64,000 bases of DNA from Octopus sinensis (taxonomy: Eukaryota): NCBI RefSeq assembly GCF_006345805.1, contig NC_042998.1, positions 124,744,001 through 124,808,000 on the forward strand, given 5' to 3'. Each line of letters starts with the position of its first letter. The stretch's first letter is position 1. Position numbers and translations under genes: made by a program. The notes below the pieces were generated by a model. It saw only the letters and a list, made by a program, of their open reading frames with translations, was not told where the DNA came from and did not search any database. Below, piece by piece: positions 25,009 through 39,864 of the stretch.

Positions 25009-26621
25009 CAACACCGGTTTCATTTGCTCAACTAAACTTAAAATATGGCCTGATCATTACACTTTAACAATTCAGTCAATATAAGAAACAGGAATTGAAG
25101 TAAATATCTCAAGTAATTCTTATTAATTCTTTCAAAAACATTAATTAGAATATTGCATGCATATATGTTTGTATATATCGTATGCATGTATATGTATATA
25201 AATATAGATATATAATTTTCGCAAAAATTATTTTGATTTACACTTATTTTTATTTGCTTCTGATGAATCCCACGTTTAATGGCAATAAATTTAAAATATA
25301 TACAAAAAAAAAAAAGAAAAGAAATTGTTCAGAATATTTTAAAGCAGATCACTCTGAAATAAATTAAACCATACGTCTGAATTTCCGGTAAATGTTTTAA
25401 TACGAAACGAGAGTTGCATTACTTCTATCATGAATGAATATTGATTTGACTGATTTATTACTGTTTAATTTTATGACAGAAATATTAATATGCTCTTCGA
25501 TATATTTCATTCTGGTTTGATACTCTTTTCCTCACGCTCCTAATTTTCATAGTAATTTCAATTATCCCCACCTGGGTGACATATACAAAAACTACTTTTT
25601 TTTTTCATTACGAAACACATTTCTTTTGTTTGCTTATTACAGTATATAGAATGATTACTTGTTTGCTGCGCTGATGTTTCCGTGTGGGAGTCTTACAACC
25701 AAGTAATGTTTATGCGTTCTAGAAATTATATTAATATTTCAATTAATAACGTTTAATTACATTCATTAATCTTAACAAATTACTGAAATACTTATACACT
25801 AAGTAGCTCTAAGGTAATCAACAATTAACTGTGGTTGTTTTTGTTGTTGATTGTCATTGTTGTCTCTTTGGATGTAACAATACGAAAGAACTAAAACTAA
25901 CTGGTTTTAATTGCTTCATCTAAATTTAATCGTGTGCTATGAAATATTCGAGAACCCCGCTGTTATAAACTAATACACATTTCCAAATTTGGTTTAAAGT
26001 GATGCACAATATGTATACAACATTATACTGATGTTTTCAAAAACACTAGCAATCTATTGAACAATCGAACTCTTTGAAAATTTTGGAGAAATTTAAAATT
26101 CATTTTACGTGAAGGAAAAATGTTGTTTAAGTCAACAAACATTTATTCACAATAACTCTTAAATGCCAAGAGATATTTACAATTTTGTTGTATCTATATT
26201 ATCAAAACATCAATACTATTTTAGTGAATCTTATACAAATCTGAAGCAGATGTCTGAATAGCAATGAAAGCGCTGTAAACTACGAATATTTAATTAACTG
26301 TTTCAAAGTTTTCAATCACATAATTAACATTCTCTATAACTTAATTTATCATATTTTTTCACCTTTTATATGACGTAATTAACTGTAAATTTTGTAAATC
26401 CTGTGGTAAAATATGCATCTATTCCGCTTAACATAAATGTTACGCATCCTTCTGTTGCAGAGATAATCATCATCGTTATCTACGTTGAAGCAGCTCTTCG
26501 GTGGTCTTGATTGTGAATTTAGATTTATTTAACTATTGGGAAGGTGCTATCACAGTGATTTACTTTGATTAGTATTTAATTTAATAATGATTCGTTATTT
26601 TTCCTGTTTTGTATTACATGA

Positions 26622-26762
<141 letters not shown>

Positions 26763-26789
26763 AGACCCGTGCTGATATTCATAGTTTTG

Positions 26790-28658
26790 TGCACCGCGTC
26801 AGGCTATCCTTGCCCGCCCCACCTCAGTGACTTCCTTCTCCTCCCACATCCACGACACTAACCATGCTCTCTTCAACTCTTTCTCCTTCTCCCTTGGCCC
26901 CTCTAAACTTCTCTTCACTCTTGATGTCAAGAGTCTATATACGGTGATCCCACACAACGACGGACTTCTTGCACTCCATCATTTCTGAGATCTTCGATCC
27001 AACCCCCAGCCTGAAACCTCCACACTACGTCTGGCTGAACTTGTTCTCTGCTTCAACTGCTTCCCGTTCGCGGGGGATTTTTACCAACAGAACTCTAGAG
27101 AGTGTCCATGGGAACGGGAATGGGTCACAACTATGCGAACCTGTTCTTTGGCTACGTTGAGACCCAAATATTCTCACAATTCACTGGTCTCACTCCCAAA
27201 CTACACGGTCGTTATATTGATGACTGTATCGGTGCGACCTCACTCTCCCGCAAACAACTAGACTCCTTCCGCTCTTTTGTCCAATCCTTCCATCCTGATC
27301 TCGAATTCTCCTGTACTATTTCCAACACTTCCATCGCATTTCTCGACATTTCGGTCAACATACACCCCTCCGCTCTCACTACCCCAATTCACTACAAACA
27401 CACGGACTCACACTCATACCTTAACTTCTCCTCCTCCCATTCTATCCACACCAAGCTCTCCATCCCTTACTCCCGATTCCTCCGTCTGCGAAGGCTCTGC
27501 AGTAACAACCATGACTTTGAGACTCAGCCTGAATTCATTACTCGCCACTTCATCCTTCGTGAATATCCTCTCATCACTATCCATACAGCCCTTGCCAGAG
27601 CACGTTCCGTGGGCCGTGACTCTGCTCTCACTCCCCGCACCCGACCCGCCGTTGCCCGTCTCCTGTTCTCCTCACCTACCACCCCACTACCCTACCTCTC
27701 CAACGCTCCAGTCTCCGAGCCTTCCGTCGAATCCAGTCCGACCCGCCATCTCACACATCTTCCCCAATCTACCCTTTCCCTCCTTCAAACGATCTCACAA
27801 CCTCCGTGATCCCCTGTCCATAGTTTCTTCCCTAACCCCTCCTCCCAATCTGGCTCATTCCCATGCTCCCGCCAATGCTGTCGCACTTGCCCCTACCTCT
27901 CCAACACCACCGTCCTCACCAGCAACTATCATCGTCCCTATCATATCACCGACTCGTTTACTTGCACTTCTAACAACGTCATTTACAGCATCTCCTGTTC
28001 TTTCTGCCCTTCTCTTTTCATCGGTGAAACGGGACGCCGCTTGCCAGACCGGTTCGCGGAGCACCTCCGAGACATACCCCACCCACACACTACGCTCCAA
28101 TATATCCCACCCCTGCTCACACTTCCACCCCACATCTACATACCTACCCCACATCCCCACAGCCTCACACCCCACCTCCCCAACATCACACTACACCACA
28201 CACACTAGCACTGACCACTTACCAGCACCGCACCACGCACCATCATCTGCACACCGCACACTATCATCCACATACCCACACACCATCATCCACATACCCA
28301 CCCATTACAGATGCACACACTTACACATGCACACATCCACATGTCAAAGTCACTAGCACCTCTCCACACACACACACACACACTTACACATTCTCACATA
28401 CACACACACGCGCGTACCTTCGTTTTGGGATCACCAATACTTTATTATCTTCCGTTCTTTTTACCTCTCCAATCATACCTTTTTTCACAACCAGCCGCCA
28501 TGCTTGGTCACTAAATCCACAAGATGTCTTTATTCACTCTCTGTTTATGTTCTCATTCCTTTCTGTTCAAGAGCGTAGGCTCGAAATGTAAAAGCCTTTC
28601 TCACTTTCCCGAGCGTCAAACTAATACACCTGCTTGTTGTTCATACACCTGTCTTAGT
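26790..28658 (+). mobile_element. Penelope-like retroelement (Neptune-type), 5'-truncated and pseudogenised: RT + GIY-YIG endonuclease + terminal region
   Basis: RT motifs LFTLDVKSLYTVIPH, MGTGMGHNYANLF, RYIDDC, FLDI and YKHTDSHSYL..SSH...KLSIPYSRFLRLRRLCS. Then a Cys-rich linker PCSRQCCRTCP and GIY-YIG FTCTSNNVIYSISCSFCPSLFIGETGRRLPDRFAEHLRDI (~27860-28075). Stops and frameshifts are present. Confidence 0.95.
28559..28594 (+). ncRNA. Minimal type I hammerhead-ribozyme-like motif in the PLE terminal region
   Basis: CTTT-CTGTTCA-A-GAGC/GTAG/GCTC-GAAA-T-GTA-AAAG, with 4-bp stem I (CUUU/AAAG), 4-bp stem II and GAAA. The core deviates from CUGANGA. Confidence 0.5.
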
Positions 28659-28771
28659 CACACACACATATATATATATACATACATACACACATGTATA
28701 TGTGTGTGCATATGTATTTGTATACATGTATTGTGTTTGTGTGTGTACATATGTGTGATATATATACATAT

Positions 28772-28832
<61 letters not shown>

Positions 28833-28880
28833 CAGTAGTAGTAGTAGTAATAGTAGTAGTAGTAGTAGTAGTAGTAGTAG
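28772..28880. repeat. (TAG)n microsatellite
   Basis: Trinucleotide run. Confidence 0.98.
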
Positions 28881-28884
28881 ATTA

Positions 28885-29780
28885 GTTCGGAGAAAGGTGC
28901 TGCTAACATGTTTTTGCTGCAGGGGAGTGTCAGTTGATTTGTAGACCAGAAATTCTACAGTTTTTATGTGTGACATCACCCCGAACATTCTAGTGATTTT
29001 TGATGAATGGAGCATTATTCCGTTGCAAGACTCACTTAAGATTTGTAGAAGGTTAGTAGTTGTTAATAATTAAAGAATTATTTTGCTCTGGGTTGAAGGT
29101 CATGCCTTTGAGATACAATATTTGCTATCTTAAGGCTGTGAGTTCGTCAGGAGAAATCCTTATGATAGCAAAGATATATAAAGCTATCATGAAGGTCTTT
29201 GTTATGTGCTGTTTATGTTTCCGATTGAGTAGTGCGCGGAAATGTTTATTTTAAGAGTGCAATGATAGTGCTTTTGTTGTCGTTGCAACGATACTGTTTT
29301 TATTATCGTTGAAGATTGACACGCACTTACAGAATTTCATTTCGATGTTTTGTATATAGAATCTATGTTGATATGATTTACGTTGCATATGAATGACACC
29401 TCGGTTCAGTTAGGAAACGTTGATTCATCTATGTAGGAAGTGGACAGTGTTGAAGATCATGACAAGTAGGTTGTTTGTGTGTAGTAGAAACCGTAAGAGC
29501 ACCGAAATTTAACTGTGGTGCGTAATAAAGGAGATAAACTATATAACACAGAGAGAACTTCATTAATACATGATCTGATAGTGCCATCTCACAAGAAACC
29601 ATAGATGTGAGGGATGAGAGACAAACGCTGATCATAACCACCCTCTTTTGACAGAAGATTCATGTGGTAGTCTTAATCAAAAGCTTTGCTGATGTCGAAG
29701 GCAACTCTACCGCTCTTCCCGAATTTCTCGAGTTTTCCTGATGAAATAAATCTGGCTTCACAAAAGACGGACACGTTATA
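28885..29780 (-). mobile_element. Highly decayed CR1/Jockey-group LINE RT fragment
   Basis: Minus-strand remnants in the expected order: VAFDISKAFD (~29680-29710), FLLHTNNLL, SYIDEST (YADD-equivalent, ~29420-29440), MTFNP and RMFGV. Confidence 0.5.
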
Positions 29781-30343
29781 CTCGTTAACATTCCGAAAGA
29801 GAATGTGACTAACCATGTCTGCTTAAATTTTCAAATATAGAAAATGAATATCTTAGGAATGTAGTTGGCAGGGTCTACGACCTTGCCACTCATGCGAATA
29901 TGACACAACGCAACATGTTTGTAAAACTCGAGGTTTATCTCAGTTCAAAGAGAAACGATAAGACGGCCAACGTTACAGAGAATGAGAAACAAAAAGACAA
30001 AGAAAGATTGAGATGTTCGGTGGTTATAAGGGCTGTCTGTAAGGCACATTGCTTCATAGGTAGTTGAATGAGCGTTATCAGGATCATTAGGTTTGTTGAT
30101 CAGAAGCAACCGGAAATACTATCGCACTTGGTATATGCGTCGGAGTAATGGCGATCTAGCTATATTGGAAAGAGATGAATTGAAAAACAGTTTGCTTATA
30201 TCCAGTTATGAAACATATTTAAATGAATATACACACGCAAACACGCACACATACCGAAACACTCACACACACGCGCGCGCGCATATGAGCGTAAACCCAA
30301 TACACTCTGTTCTTTTAACTCGTCTTGGTGTTTCTTTTTTTTG

Positions 30344-30384
<41 letters not shown>

Positions 30385-31329
30385 TACATATATACATATA
30401 TACATATATACATATATACATATACATATATATATATATATTATATATATATATATTATATATATATATATCTTATATTTTTCATATTTTACCTGTTTCA
30501 GTCATTCGGCTACGGCCATATAAAGCATATGCGCATTTACACACACACGCATGCACATACACATACATATACATACATATACATATATTCAGTCAGAAAA
30601 TATATCGACATTATAAATGTTATTCATTATTCCATTTGCGAAATATTCTGACAAAATACACTGTAATAATATTTAGATATAATTTCATGCTGATAAAATA
30701 TTTCTTTCTTTTCCAAGCCTCAAAACTGATTGTTCGGACAACAAATATACCTCCAACTTAAACATTGAAAATCAAATGAAAAAACGATAATTTTAACATG
30801 TCATTTTTCTATTTTTCGTGTTCCAAAAAGAAATGATTTATAGTATTTTTTATTAGATTTATACTTCCATCCTTTGAAAAGAAAGAACACATTTCCCCAT
30901 GTAAAAACTGTACATGTATTTTCAAATATTGTACAACGTTTGCATGTTAACTGATGTAGATTCATGCTCGATGTAAAATTATATCAGACAAGACTAGTGC
31001 TTACTGGGGCAGATTCTTACTGATAAAATGTAGGTGAAACTGTGGAAATTTTTCTGTTATCTTGAACTATTTCTTTCATGGGTTGCACATATTTGTATTG
31101 TTTTCTTTCATTCAAATTCTCTCTAACTTTATCATTTCCTATCTCCTCTTCTGAATCAATGTTCATTGCGGTGTTCACTTTTATTCATATCTGTACTTCA
31201 ATGCTGGTCCCGTGCTCGTTTTAGCGATTCATCTATTTGAAGATTTAATCTCTATATATATATGTGTACATATGTATGTACATACATATATATATGCATG
31301 TATTCATATACACACACATATATACATAT

Positions 31330-31363
<34 letters not shown>

Positions 31364-31514
31364 TACAGATATATATGTTTTGAAGTAAAATATATTTCAA
31401 TTCATTTAAAAGAAAAACTACACATTACTTTGTCGCCTTCTTATCACTGCCATAGCCACTAGTATCACCTGTCTTATAAAACAGTTCTCATTATATTACC
31501 TTTTTTATTATTCG

Positions 31515-32027
31515 TTTCTACCCTAGGCACAAGGCCCGAAAGCTTGGGGGAAGGGGCCAGTCGATTGGATAGACCTCAGTATGCAACTGGTACTTAATTT
31601 ATACACCCCGAAATGATGAAAAGCAAAGTCGACATCGGCGGAATTTGAACTCAGAACGTAAAGACAGACGAAATACCTATTTCTTTACTACCCACAAGGG
31701 GCTAAACGCAGAGAGGACAAACAAGGACAGACAAACAGATTACGTCGATTATATCGACCCCACTGCGTAACTGGTACTTATTTAATCGACCCCTAAAGGA
31801 TGAAAGGCAAACTCGACCTCGGCGGAATTTGAACTCAGAACATAAAGACAGACGAAAAACAGCTAAGTATTTCGTCCGGCGTGCTCACGATTCTGCCAGC
31901 TCGCCGCCTTAAAAGGATGAAAGGCAAAGTCACCCACGACGGAAGTTGAACTCAGAACGTAAAGACGGACGAAATATCTCCAAGCATTTTCGCCCAGCGT
32001 GCTCACGATTCTGCCAGCTCGCCACCT
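31515..32027 (-). mobile_element. S1 SINE dimer plus an additional 3'-truncated copy
   Basis: Same core as 2488-3040 and the same internal junction at ~31677. Full tRNA-like head GGCGGCGAGCTGGCAGAATCGTGAGCACGCC ends at ~31909. Confidence 0.88.
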
Positions 32028-32050
32028 TGCACATTTTGTTATTATTATAA

Positions 32051-32250
32051 ATGTGGTGATCTCGCAGAAGCGTAAGTGCGCTGGCCAAAATGCTTAACAG
32101 CATTTCTTCTGTACGATCTGAGTTCAAATGTCGTCGACTTTGCATCATTTTGGTGTCGTTAAAACAAGTACAAGTAGGGTCGATGTAATCGACTCAGACC
32201 CTCCCCCCGAACTATCAAGCCCTGTGCCTATAGTAGAAAGGATAATATTA
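32051..32250 (+). mobile_element. Diverged S1 SINE, head-to-head with the preceding copies
   Basis: GAGTTCAAAT..GTCGACTTTGC...GGGTCGATGTAATCGAC...CCTGTGCCTATAGTAGAAAGG. Confidence 0.75.
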
Positions 32251-33544
32251 CATTTTAATGATTGGGTGCACGTGCTTTTGTGTTTGTATGGGTTCTTCAT
32301 TTCTCCTTCTCACCCCCTCTCTTTTTTTCCGTCCGACCACTACAACTTCCCTCTGCGTTCCACTCATCCACTTTTTGCCTGCCATTTTGCTCAGTATATC
32401 TTCTCCCCTTTCAACTGAAAGCAAAAGTATCATACATGTAATTACATACTTCGTATTAATATAAATGTCTACTGAGAAATAGCTAACTGTTGTCATATGA
32501 AATAATGTAATCCACACGCTGTTCATGAGGATAACTTAAAATGGTAATTCAATTGACAAGACAGCCCAACTAATATTCTTCTGAGCATATTGTGATCTGC
32601 CATAATCCAGGATTCAAGCAGATTCATTTATATCTGTTTGTATGAATATATTGATATTTGTATGTATCAATGTTATAATCGCATATATAATGTACAACCC
32701 ATTCAAAACTATAAATGTTTGTTTCCCGTGATTGTTTTTGTCGTTCACACAGTTTTCATTTTCCTTTTTAGTACAATAGCAATAAACACGAAAACTTTAT
32801 GTTCGATAATAAAAATTAGATTCATAAAACAGGCGACAAGTTAAAACTTATAAATTCGAAAACACAATACAGCTATACTAAAATATACGGTTTTATTGTT
32901 TTAATTTTGTTTTCAATTTTTATTTTTTTCTGTGATGATATAGTAGTGGAATATATGTAATGTTGCTGACTAGATTTTTCAAAGTGAGCAGGCTTGCGAA
33001 CCTATAGTTCAAAGTGAATATTTTTTAAGAGTTAGGGAACTGAAAACATTGACGAAAAACGTGTATAAATATTTTCCAGATTTCCAATTGCATTTTTTAA
33101 TAGTTTGGATGAAAAGTGTTTCACTAAAAGCAGCATTCACATTTTAATTTTGAAACTGAAATTTCTTTCAGTTATTCGATGTGAAGTTAGCTATAAACTT
33201 TCCTTCTTTCGATTCCTTTTGTATCCTGACTTAATTCAATAGATCTTGTAGTGGATACAGGCAGCGAAAACAGTTTGAATATAGCATGTTATATGAAATT
33301 CAATATATGTCATTTACTTTTAGTCATTTTCTAAAGTACGTATGAGTTAAACAATACCTATAATGTTTCTGATTGGGATTTGTTTCATTAATATATTTTC
33401 ATGATTACCAAAGGAGACGAATAACCTAGTAATCAATACGCATTAAATCTTCTTAAAACGTCTCAAGTACCGTCTGAAGATAGAATGAATACATGTATAC
33501 ATACATACATACATACATACAAGCAGACACACACACACTGATAT

Positions 33545-33566
33545 GTGTATATATATATATATATAT

Positions 33567-33621
<55 letters not shown>

Positions 33622-33674
33622 CATACATATATATATATATATATATTATATATTATATATATATATAGATATAT

Positions 33675-33740
<66 letters not shown>
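33545..33740. repeat. (TA)n microsatellite
   Basis: Interrupted TA run. Confidence 0.97.
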
Positions 33741-33743
<3 letters not shown>

Positions 33744-35382
33744 AAGTTTTTGTCTCATACATTACTAACTGCGGCTACAGCAGATGTGACTCCACTCGAG
33801 ATCAAACAGCACAATGAGAAATACTTAAATGCCCAGCCTTTTCTGCGCCTATATCTCAATATTCTTAATGTTTATGTTGCCATAACTATCGACCAGAGAG
33901 CCATGATATCTTTCTCTTTGCATTACAAATTGGATTCAATTTTATTTCAATATCCGATGTCTTCAGAATAAGTTATAATGATCTAAACAATCGCGAAACC
34001 GATCAAGAGACGAAGGCTTGTACATAGTCACTGCCACTGAGTTGTAAGAGTAACCGATATTTTGAACTCTTATATAGTCTAAACTACTACCTCTTTATAC
34101 ATACATTTTCATTGTCGAAAACACTGTAAATATGTATACGACACGCTGAAAGAGATGTTTGTCTTATTAGTTTACAGTACTACATTCACTTACTCTGCTA
34201 AGTATATCAGAAAGACAAACAGAAAGGGGATTCAGCTAGTTTGCTAACTGTAAATATGATAACACAATATCTTAGTACTGCTCCTGGGATCACATGGGTG
34301 ATGGAAACAACCAAATTCTCTTTGAAAGTAGTAAATGTCAAATACTATTATTTGCTTGATATAATGTTATAGTTGATAGCTAATGGTTGCGTATTTACTT
34401 AATACAGGAGGGGAGGAAAATATAAATATGTAATGTTTGTTTTCATTCATCGCACTTAAGTTAATATGCAGAAGTTATATAACAAGAAGTAAATATCACT
34501 AGACGGGGATACTGCAATTACTAATATCCAATTGCACGTATCAATAAATACCATCTTTATTACAATAATATGTTTAAACAAATACAGTAGAAAAGGAAGT
34601 GCCTTTGTGAACCTGGTTGCATACATGCAAACTTAGATATGCATGTGGGTGTGTATGTATGTGTGAGTGTGTGTGCGCGTGTGTGCATATGTTTGTGTGT
34701 GTATGTGTGTGTGTGCATGCGCGTGCGTGGGCGTGTATTAGCATCTATAGATTGTTTGAAGTGATGTACAAATGTTATATTAAAAAAAACGAGGTAATCA
34801 AAATTTTGGATCATTATTTATTTAACGTTTTCATCTCGCTTTAAAGATACTTCAGGGATTATTTTTTTAAACAGAAAACATGCCTTTTGCATATATGTTA
34901 GTTGAAAGAAATCTGCATTTGAATTGGGAACAGAATATCCTTTTTCATTTTTAATCCATAAATTTGTGTGCACGCGTGCGTGTATTTGTGTATGTGTATA
35001 TTTGTGTGTGTGTGTAAGTATGTGTTTAAGTGAATTTCTGGAGACTTGGTTAGAGGGAGGAAAAGGAAAATAAATAAAGAAAGAAAGGGTGTGAGAAATG
35101 GCTCCTTTTCCGAGATTATTGAAATTGTATTGTGTTCTTTGTTCAGTTGTCATTGGACACAACTGCAGAAGGGAATCTTTTTCCCGAATCGCTTAAATTC
35201 ATTACAATTCAAGAGGTCAATATTCGTCTACTCATTGCTTTAGGGTTTCGGGGTTTTTGTTTTTGTCATTTGTAATGTTATCCAGATGTAATAAAAAATA
35301 GGCTCTATGTAGGTTTAACAATACAAACAAGAAAAATAGAACATAAAACACGAGTATATATTTTTCGTATGAATACCAAGGT

Positions 35383-35790
35383 AGCGATTTAAGGATATCA
35401 TTAAAGTAACAACCTTAAGGCTTTGGATATTGATATGAATACCTAGAAGGTATATTACTGAAAGCTGTACATCATGGACATAGACTACCATCTATAGTTG
35501 TGGTGACTGTGAGAAAAAGCATGTGGAACATGCTGATATGAAGCGTTCACTCTGTAAGCGGAATCCAAGTGCAGTGCCTTCAAATCCTCAGAAGAAATTG
35601 AAGTGAAATATGTGCGAACTAATCTAAATTCACATGATCCTAGGAAAAAATCGAGCTTGTAAGATGGTTCTATCCTGCGCATCGCTGTACATGTGTACCA
35701 AAAAGATAAATAAGTGTAACATCTTTGAACATCCCTGCAGAACGAAAGCTGGGCTGCAAAGACACCTGCCAACATATGATCGTATAATCT
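35383..35790 (+). mobile_element. RTE-clade LINE 3' fragment (decayed)
   Basis: RFKDIIK..NLKALDIDMNT(W)K...W....KHVEHADMKR and the zinc-finger-like [19 protein letters not shown] are typical of RTE ORF C-termini. Confidence 0.65.
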
Positions 35791-35874
35791 TCAGAAAAGA
35801 AGTAGCAAGCAGCATGTCTATCATAAATATACTTCGATACATACACACACACGCATATACATATGTTATTAAAT

Positions 35875-35875
35875 A

Positions 35876-35943
<68 letters not shown>

Positions 35944-35984
35944 TATATATATATATAGATATATATATATATATATTATATATA

Positions 35985-36068
<84 letters not shown>
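35875..36068. repeat. (TC)n/(TA)n microsatellite
   Basis: Dinucleotide runs. Confidence 0.97.
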
Positions 36069-36073
<5 letters not shown>

Positions 36074-37299
36074 TGTGTGCGCGTGTCTGTGCGTACTAAT
36101 TGTATTCATATGTTTTAATATCGCAGTTGCATTAATTGTAACCATCATTGAAACTTTGAGTTTCAGTTCTGACATGTATTAGACAGGAAAGAATAACGTT
36201 CCGTTATTTTTGCCAAATGTCAAATTACCAAGAAGGTGTAATAACAATACATCATAGCTAACGAAGACCAACAATAAACACCCGTTTGCATTGTAAAAAA
36301 GAATAATTAACACTTCCCATCATCGGCAGACTTTCAGGTGCCGCTACATATCGTCCAAAATATGTCTTATTTAGGAGGGATGTCTTGCACTCTCCGAATA
36401 TGCTTTCTGAAAACACCACAACAAATTAAAAACAGCTGTCAATAAATTATCTCTTAAGTATGGTTATTCGAGTGACGAAAAGAGATGCTTCTACGACACT
36501 CAATATATAAATATGGTACGGGAATGAAATTAACTCTATTTATATTACGATAAACCTGTCAGAAATATTCCTCCATTTTGTTTACTCATTAATTGTATTT
36601 TTAGTGCAGTGTAGAGTATGAATACACAACAATTCTTGTTTGCTGTATTTCACAAATATAATTAAAGTGTCAAAATGCTTCATTCTATCACGTTTCTTTT
36701 ACGATGTATATTTTCTCATTTTCTAGTTTTATTTAGATATATATGTTTGGTTGGGAAGTGTTCTCGTTATGATTTACTTACATTCTGCTAGAATTTAACA
36801 AATTGTAATCTCAGGTGTGACGTCCTTTCGAATTCTTTCCATACACGGCAAACAAATCAGTATGATAGAGAATGACATGTGTTTAGTGTCACTTCGTTAT
36901 ATGATTATTTGAATGCATTATAAATACGGCTGCTTAACGAGTTCTCCAATTCGAACTGACATTTCTAATGATATAGTACACCACGTGGAAACATTGTAGC
37001 AAAACATTGATAACATTATATTGCACCAAGCGAATTCAAGCACATTTGAAAAGAAATTTGGAGAAGTATTTACGTTAATATAAACTCAAAATTGGTTTAA
37101 ACATAATGTGATGTAAGAGCATGTTCACATAGATCAATATAATCAATCAATTTTTGACAATGAATCATTGTATTGCGGAGAGTGCATACATACGTCAACC
37201 TGTGCATGTATGAATACAGATGTATATTTACCTACATATACATGCGCACACACACATATATGTATATTATATATTATATGTATATGTATATATACATAT

Positions 37300-37345
<46 letters not shown>

Positions 37346-37567
37346 GTATGTATGTATATGTATGTGAATGCATACGTGAGTATACAAATACATATATACA
37401 TATGTGTGTGTGTGTATGTGTGCGCGTGTGTATGTGTGCGCGTGTGTCTGTTTGCGTGGGAGTGTGCATGTTTGTGTATGTTTCTAAGTATGAATATACA
37501 CACATACAGACGCGCACGGAAATATACATGTGTATGTATTCAAACATGTTATGAATCTCTCTCTGTG

Positions 37568-37607
<40 letters not shown>

Positions 37608-37889
37608 TATATATATATATACATATATAATTTTATTTATGTGCAAACCACAAATTAGTCTAAAAAGTATGTAATGCACACAACACATATAAGGTGTGCG
37701 GATCATAAAATATAGATGATTGAACGTGAATTGCTAAATGGGTATATAAGCATTCTCCCCACCTTGGAAGTTTTCCCAAAGTATTGAACCATCTCCAAAA
37801 CTGGTATGCAGAACGTATATACAAATTTAACAATAAGCTTTGAATATTATATAAATACATAGAGACATACAGAAGATAGACACACACAT

Positions 37890-37936
<47 letters not shown>

Positions 37937-38162
37937 AATATATGCATGCGTACATATTTCTGAATATATATGCGTGTGTGTGTTTGTGTGTATGTGTGTG
38001 TATGTGCATGTCTGTTTATGAGGATTTGTTTAAATAAAATTAAATATATTCATATATTCAGTATATAATCTAATATGATCGATTATGTTTTGACTGTCAA
38101 TGTTTACAGTAAGGAAGAATGGCATTGCATACAAATAGATACATGTATTTAACAATTTGACG

Positions 38163-38226
<64 letters not shown>

Positions 38227-38482
38227 TAGATAGCATATTATATATATATAGTATGGTCTTTGTCTATCTCCTTACCTTTTTGGAGGTTTTAGGTAAAATT
38301 ATAAAAGTATACTAATGTGTCCATCTGTCTTAACTTAATTTAATTCTATATATTTATGTAGCAGCGAATTGCTCTGCATTTAAATTGATGTAATTGCCTT
38401 ATTCAATTAAATGGAGTTGCTTGAAACGATCGTACTGCATTACGTCTGGATACCGTGTTGCTTATTTTGATATATATATATA

Positions 38483-38690
38483 TAGTCATTTCAATTAAAC
38501 AAATCAAATAAACGACTAAAAAACGAATAAAAACGAACATGAGAACGTGCACAAGTAATGCATTAGCTTGGCGCTCGGTGAAAAGAGAGAGAGTTTGACG
38601 TTTCGAGCACACCTCTTCGTGGGAGAGGTTAAAGGGAGAGGTGCAAAGAAGGAATAGAAATCGCCAACGGCACACACGTAGTATCATACA
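38483..38690 (-). mobile_element. Penelope-like terminal fragment with a degenerate hammerhead-like motif, ending in (TA)n
   Basis: Minus strand reads ACGAAGAGGTGTGCTCGAAACGTCAAAC...GAGCGCCAAGCTAATGC...GAAATGACTATATATA. Confidence 0.6.
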
Positions 38691-38982
38691 CACGCACATG
38701 TACATATATACTTAACGATATATGCAATGCCCCACAGGACAAAGCGCAAATGTTTGTATAGTTAGACCTCTATCTTGTGGTAAAGATTAGCTTTGTGGCC
38801 AAAGATCCTCAATCGACATGACAATATTAAGGGAAATATTTTCCTCAGACAGTGGCTGCAACTCTAAGTAGGAGCATATACTAATGCAGTGTAATAATTT
38901 CGGACGTGTGGGAAATACCATGTTGAAATAGCAAACTAAAAACAAAGCTACATGTATGCTCCTTCTTTGTGTATATTATAGA

Positions 38983-39810
38983 TCGTGAAAGGATGGAAGC
39001 AAAGTCGACCTTGGTGGCATTTGAAATGGAAACGTAAAGACGGACGAAATACCGCTCAGGTTTTATGCGATGTTCGCTTGCGATTCTGCCTGCTTGCAGC
39101 TTTTATATTGGTTGCAAGTTTTGGCAAACAGCCAACAATTTTGTGGGAGAGGGTAAATCGATTACATTGACCCCAATGCTCAACTGGTACTTACTTTATA
39201 GACTCAGAAATAATGAAAGACAAATTAAACCTCGGCAGAACCTAGATACAGACGAAGCATTATCCTTGCGCCGTGATGGTTCTCTCAGCTCGCCGCTTTA
39301 ATATTGCTTTCAATTTTTAGCAGAAAGCCAGCAATTTCAAGAAAGGTATTACAAAATTTAGCGACCCTCCAAAGGACGAAATGCAAAGTGGACCTCGGTG
39401 AGATTTGATCCCTACGCATTTTGCCCGGCGTGCTAACCGATCTGCCAGCTCGCCGCTTTAAATAGTAATTTTGCCAGAAAGTAATTTTATTGACCACGAG
39501 AGGATAAAAGGCAAAGCCGACCTTGATGGATACAAACTCAGAACGTGAAGACTAGTGAAATGCCGCTGAGCATTTTACCCGGCGTTCTAACGATTCTGCC
39601 TGGTCACCGTGTGAAGTAATAATTTTGGTACAAGGCCAGCATTTCCGAGGGAGGGGTACGTCGATTACACCGGCCATATTGTTCAACAGGTACATATTTT
39701 ATTGACACCGGAAGTGTGAAAGGCAAAGACGACAGCGGCGGAATTTGAACGCAGAACGTCATCAAGGACGTAATACTGCAATGTGGTCTAACCATTCTGT
39801 CAGCTCGCCC
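38983..39810 (-). mobile_element. Cluster of about five diverged, partial S1 SINE copies in tandem
   Basis: Repeated AAAGGCAAAG.CGAC..CGGCGGAATTTGAAC and TTCTGCCAGCTCGCCGC motifs. Confidence 0.8.
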
Positions 39811-39864
39811 TAAATTGCTGGCCTTGTGCCAAAAATTGAAACCAATATTGAAAGATAAAATAAT

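Noticed and set aside
27277-28356. Longest ORF (359 aa, Pro/Ser/Thr/His-rich)
   Set aside because: It is an off-frame reading of the C-rich Penelope element. The meaningful RT and GIY-YIG motifs are in other frames.
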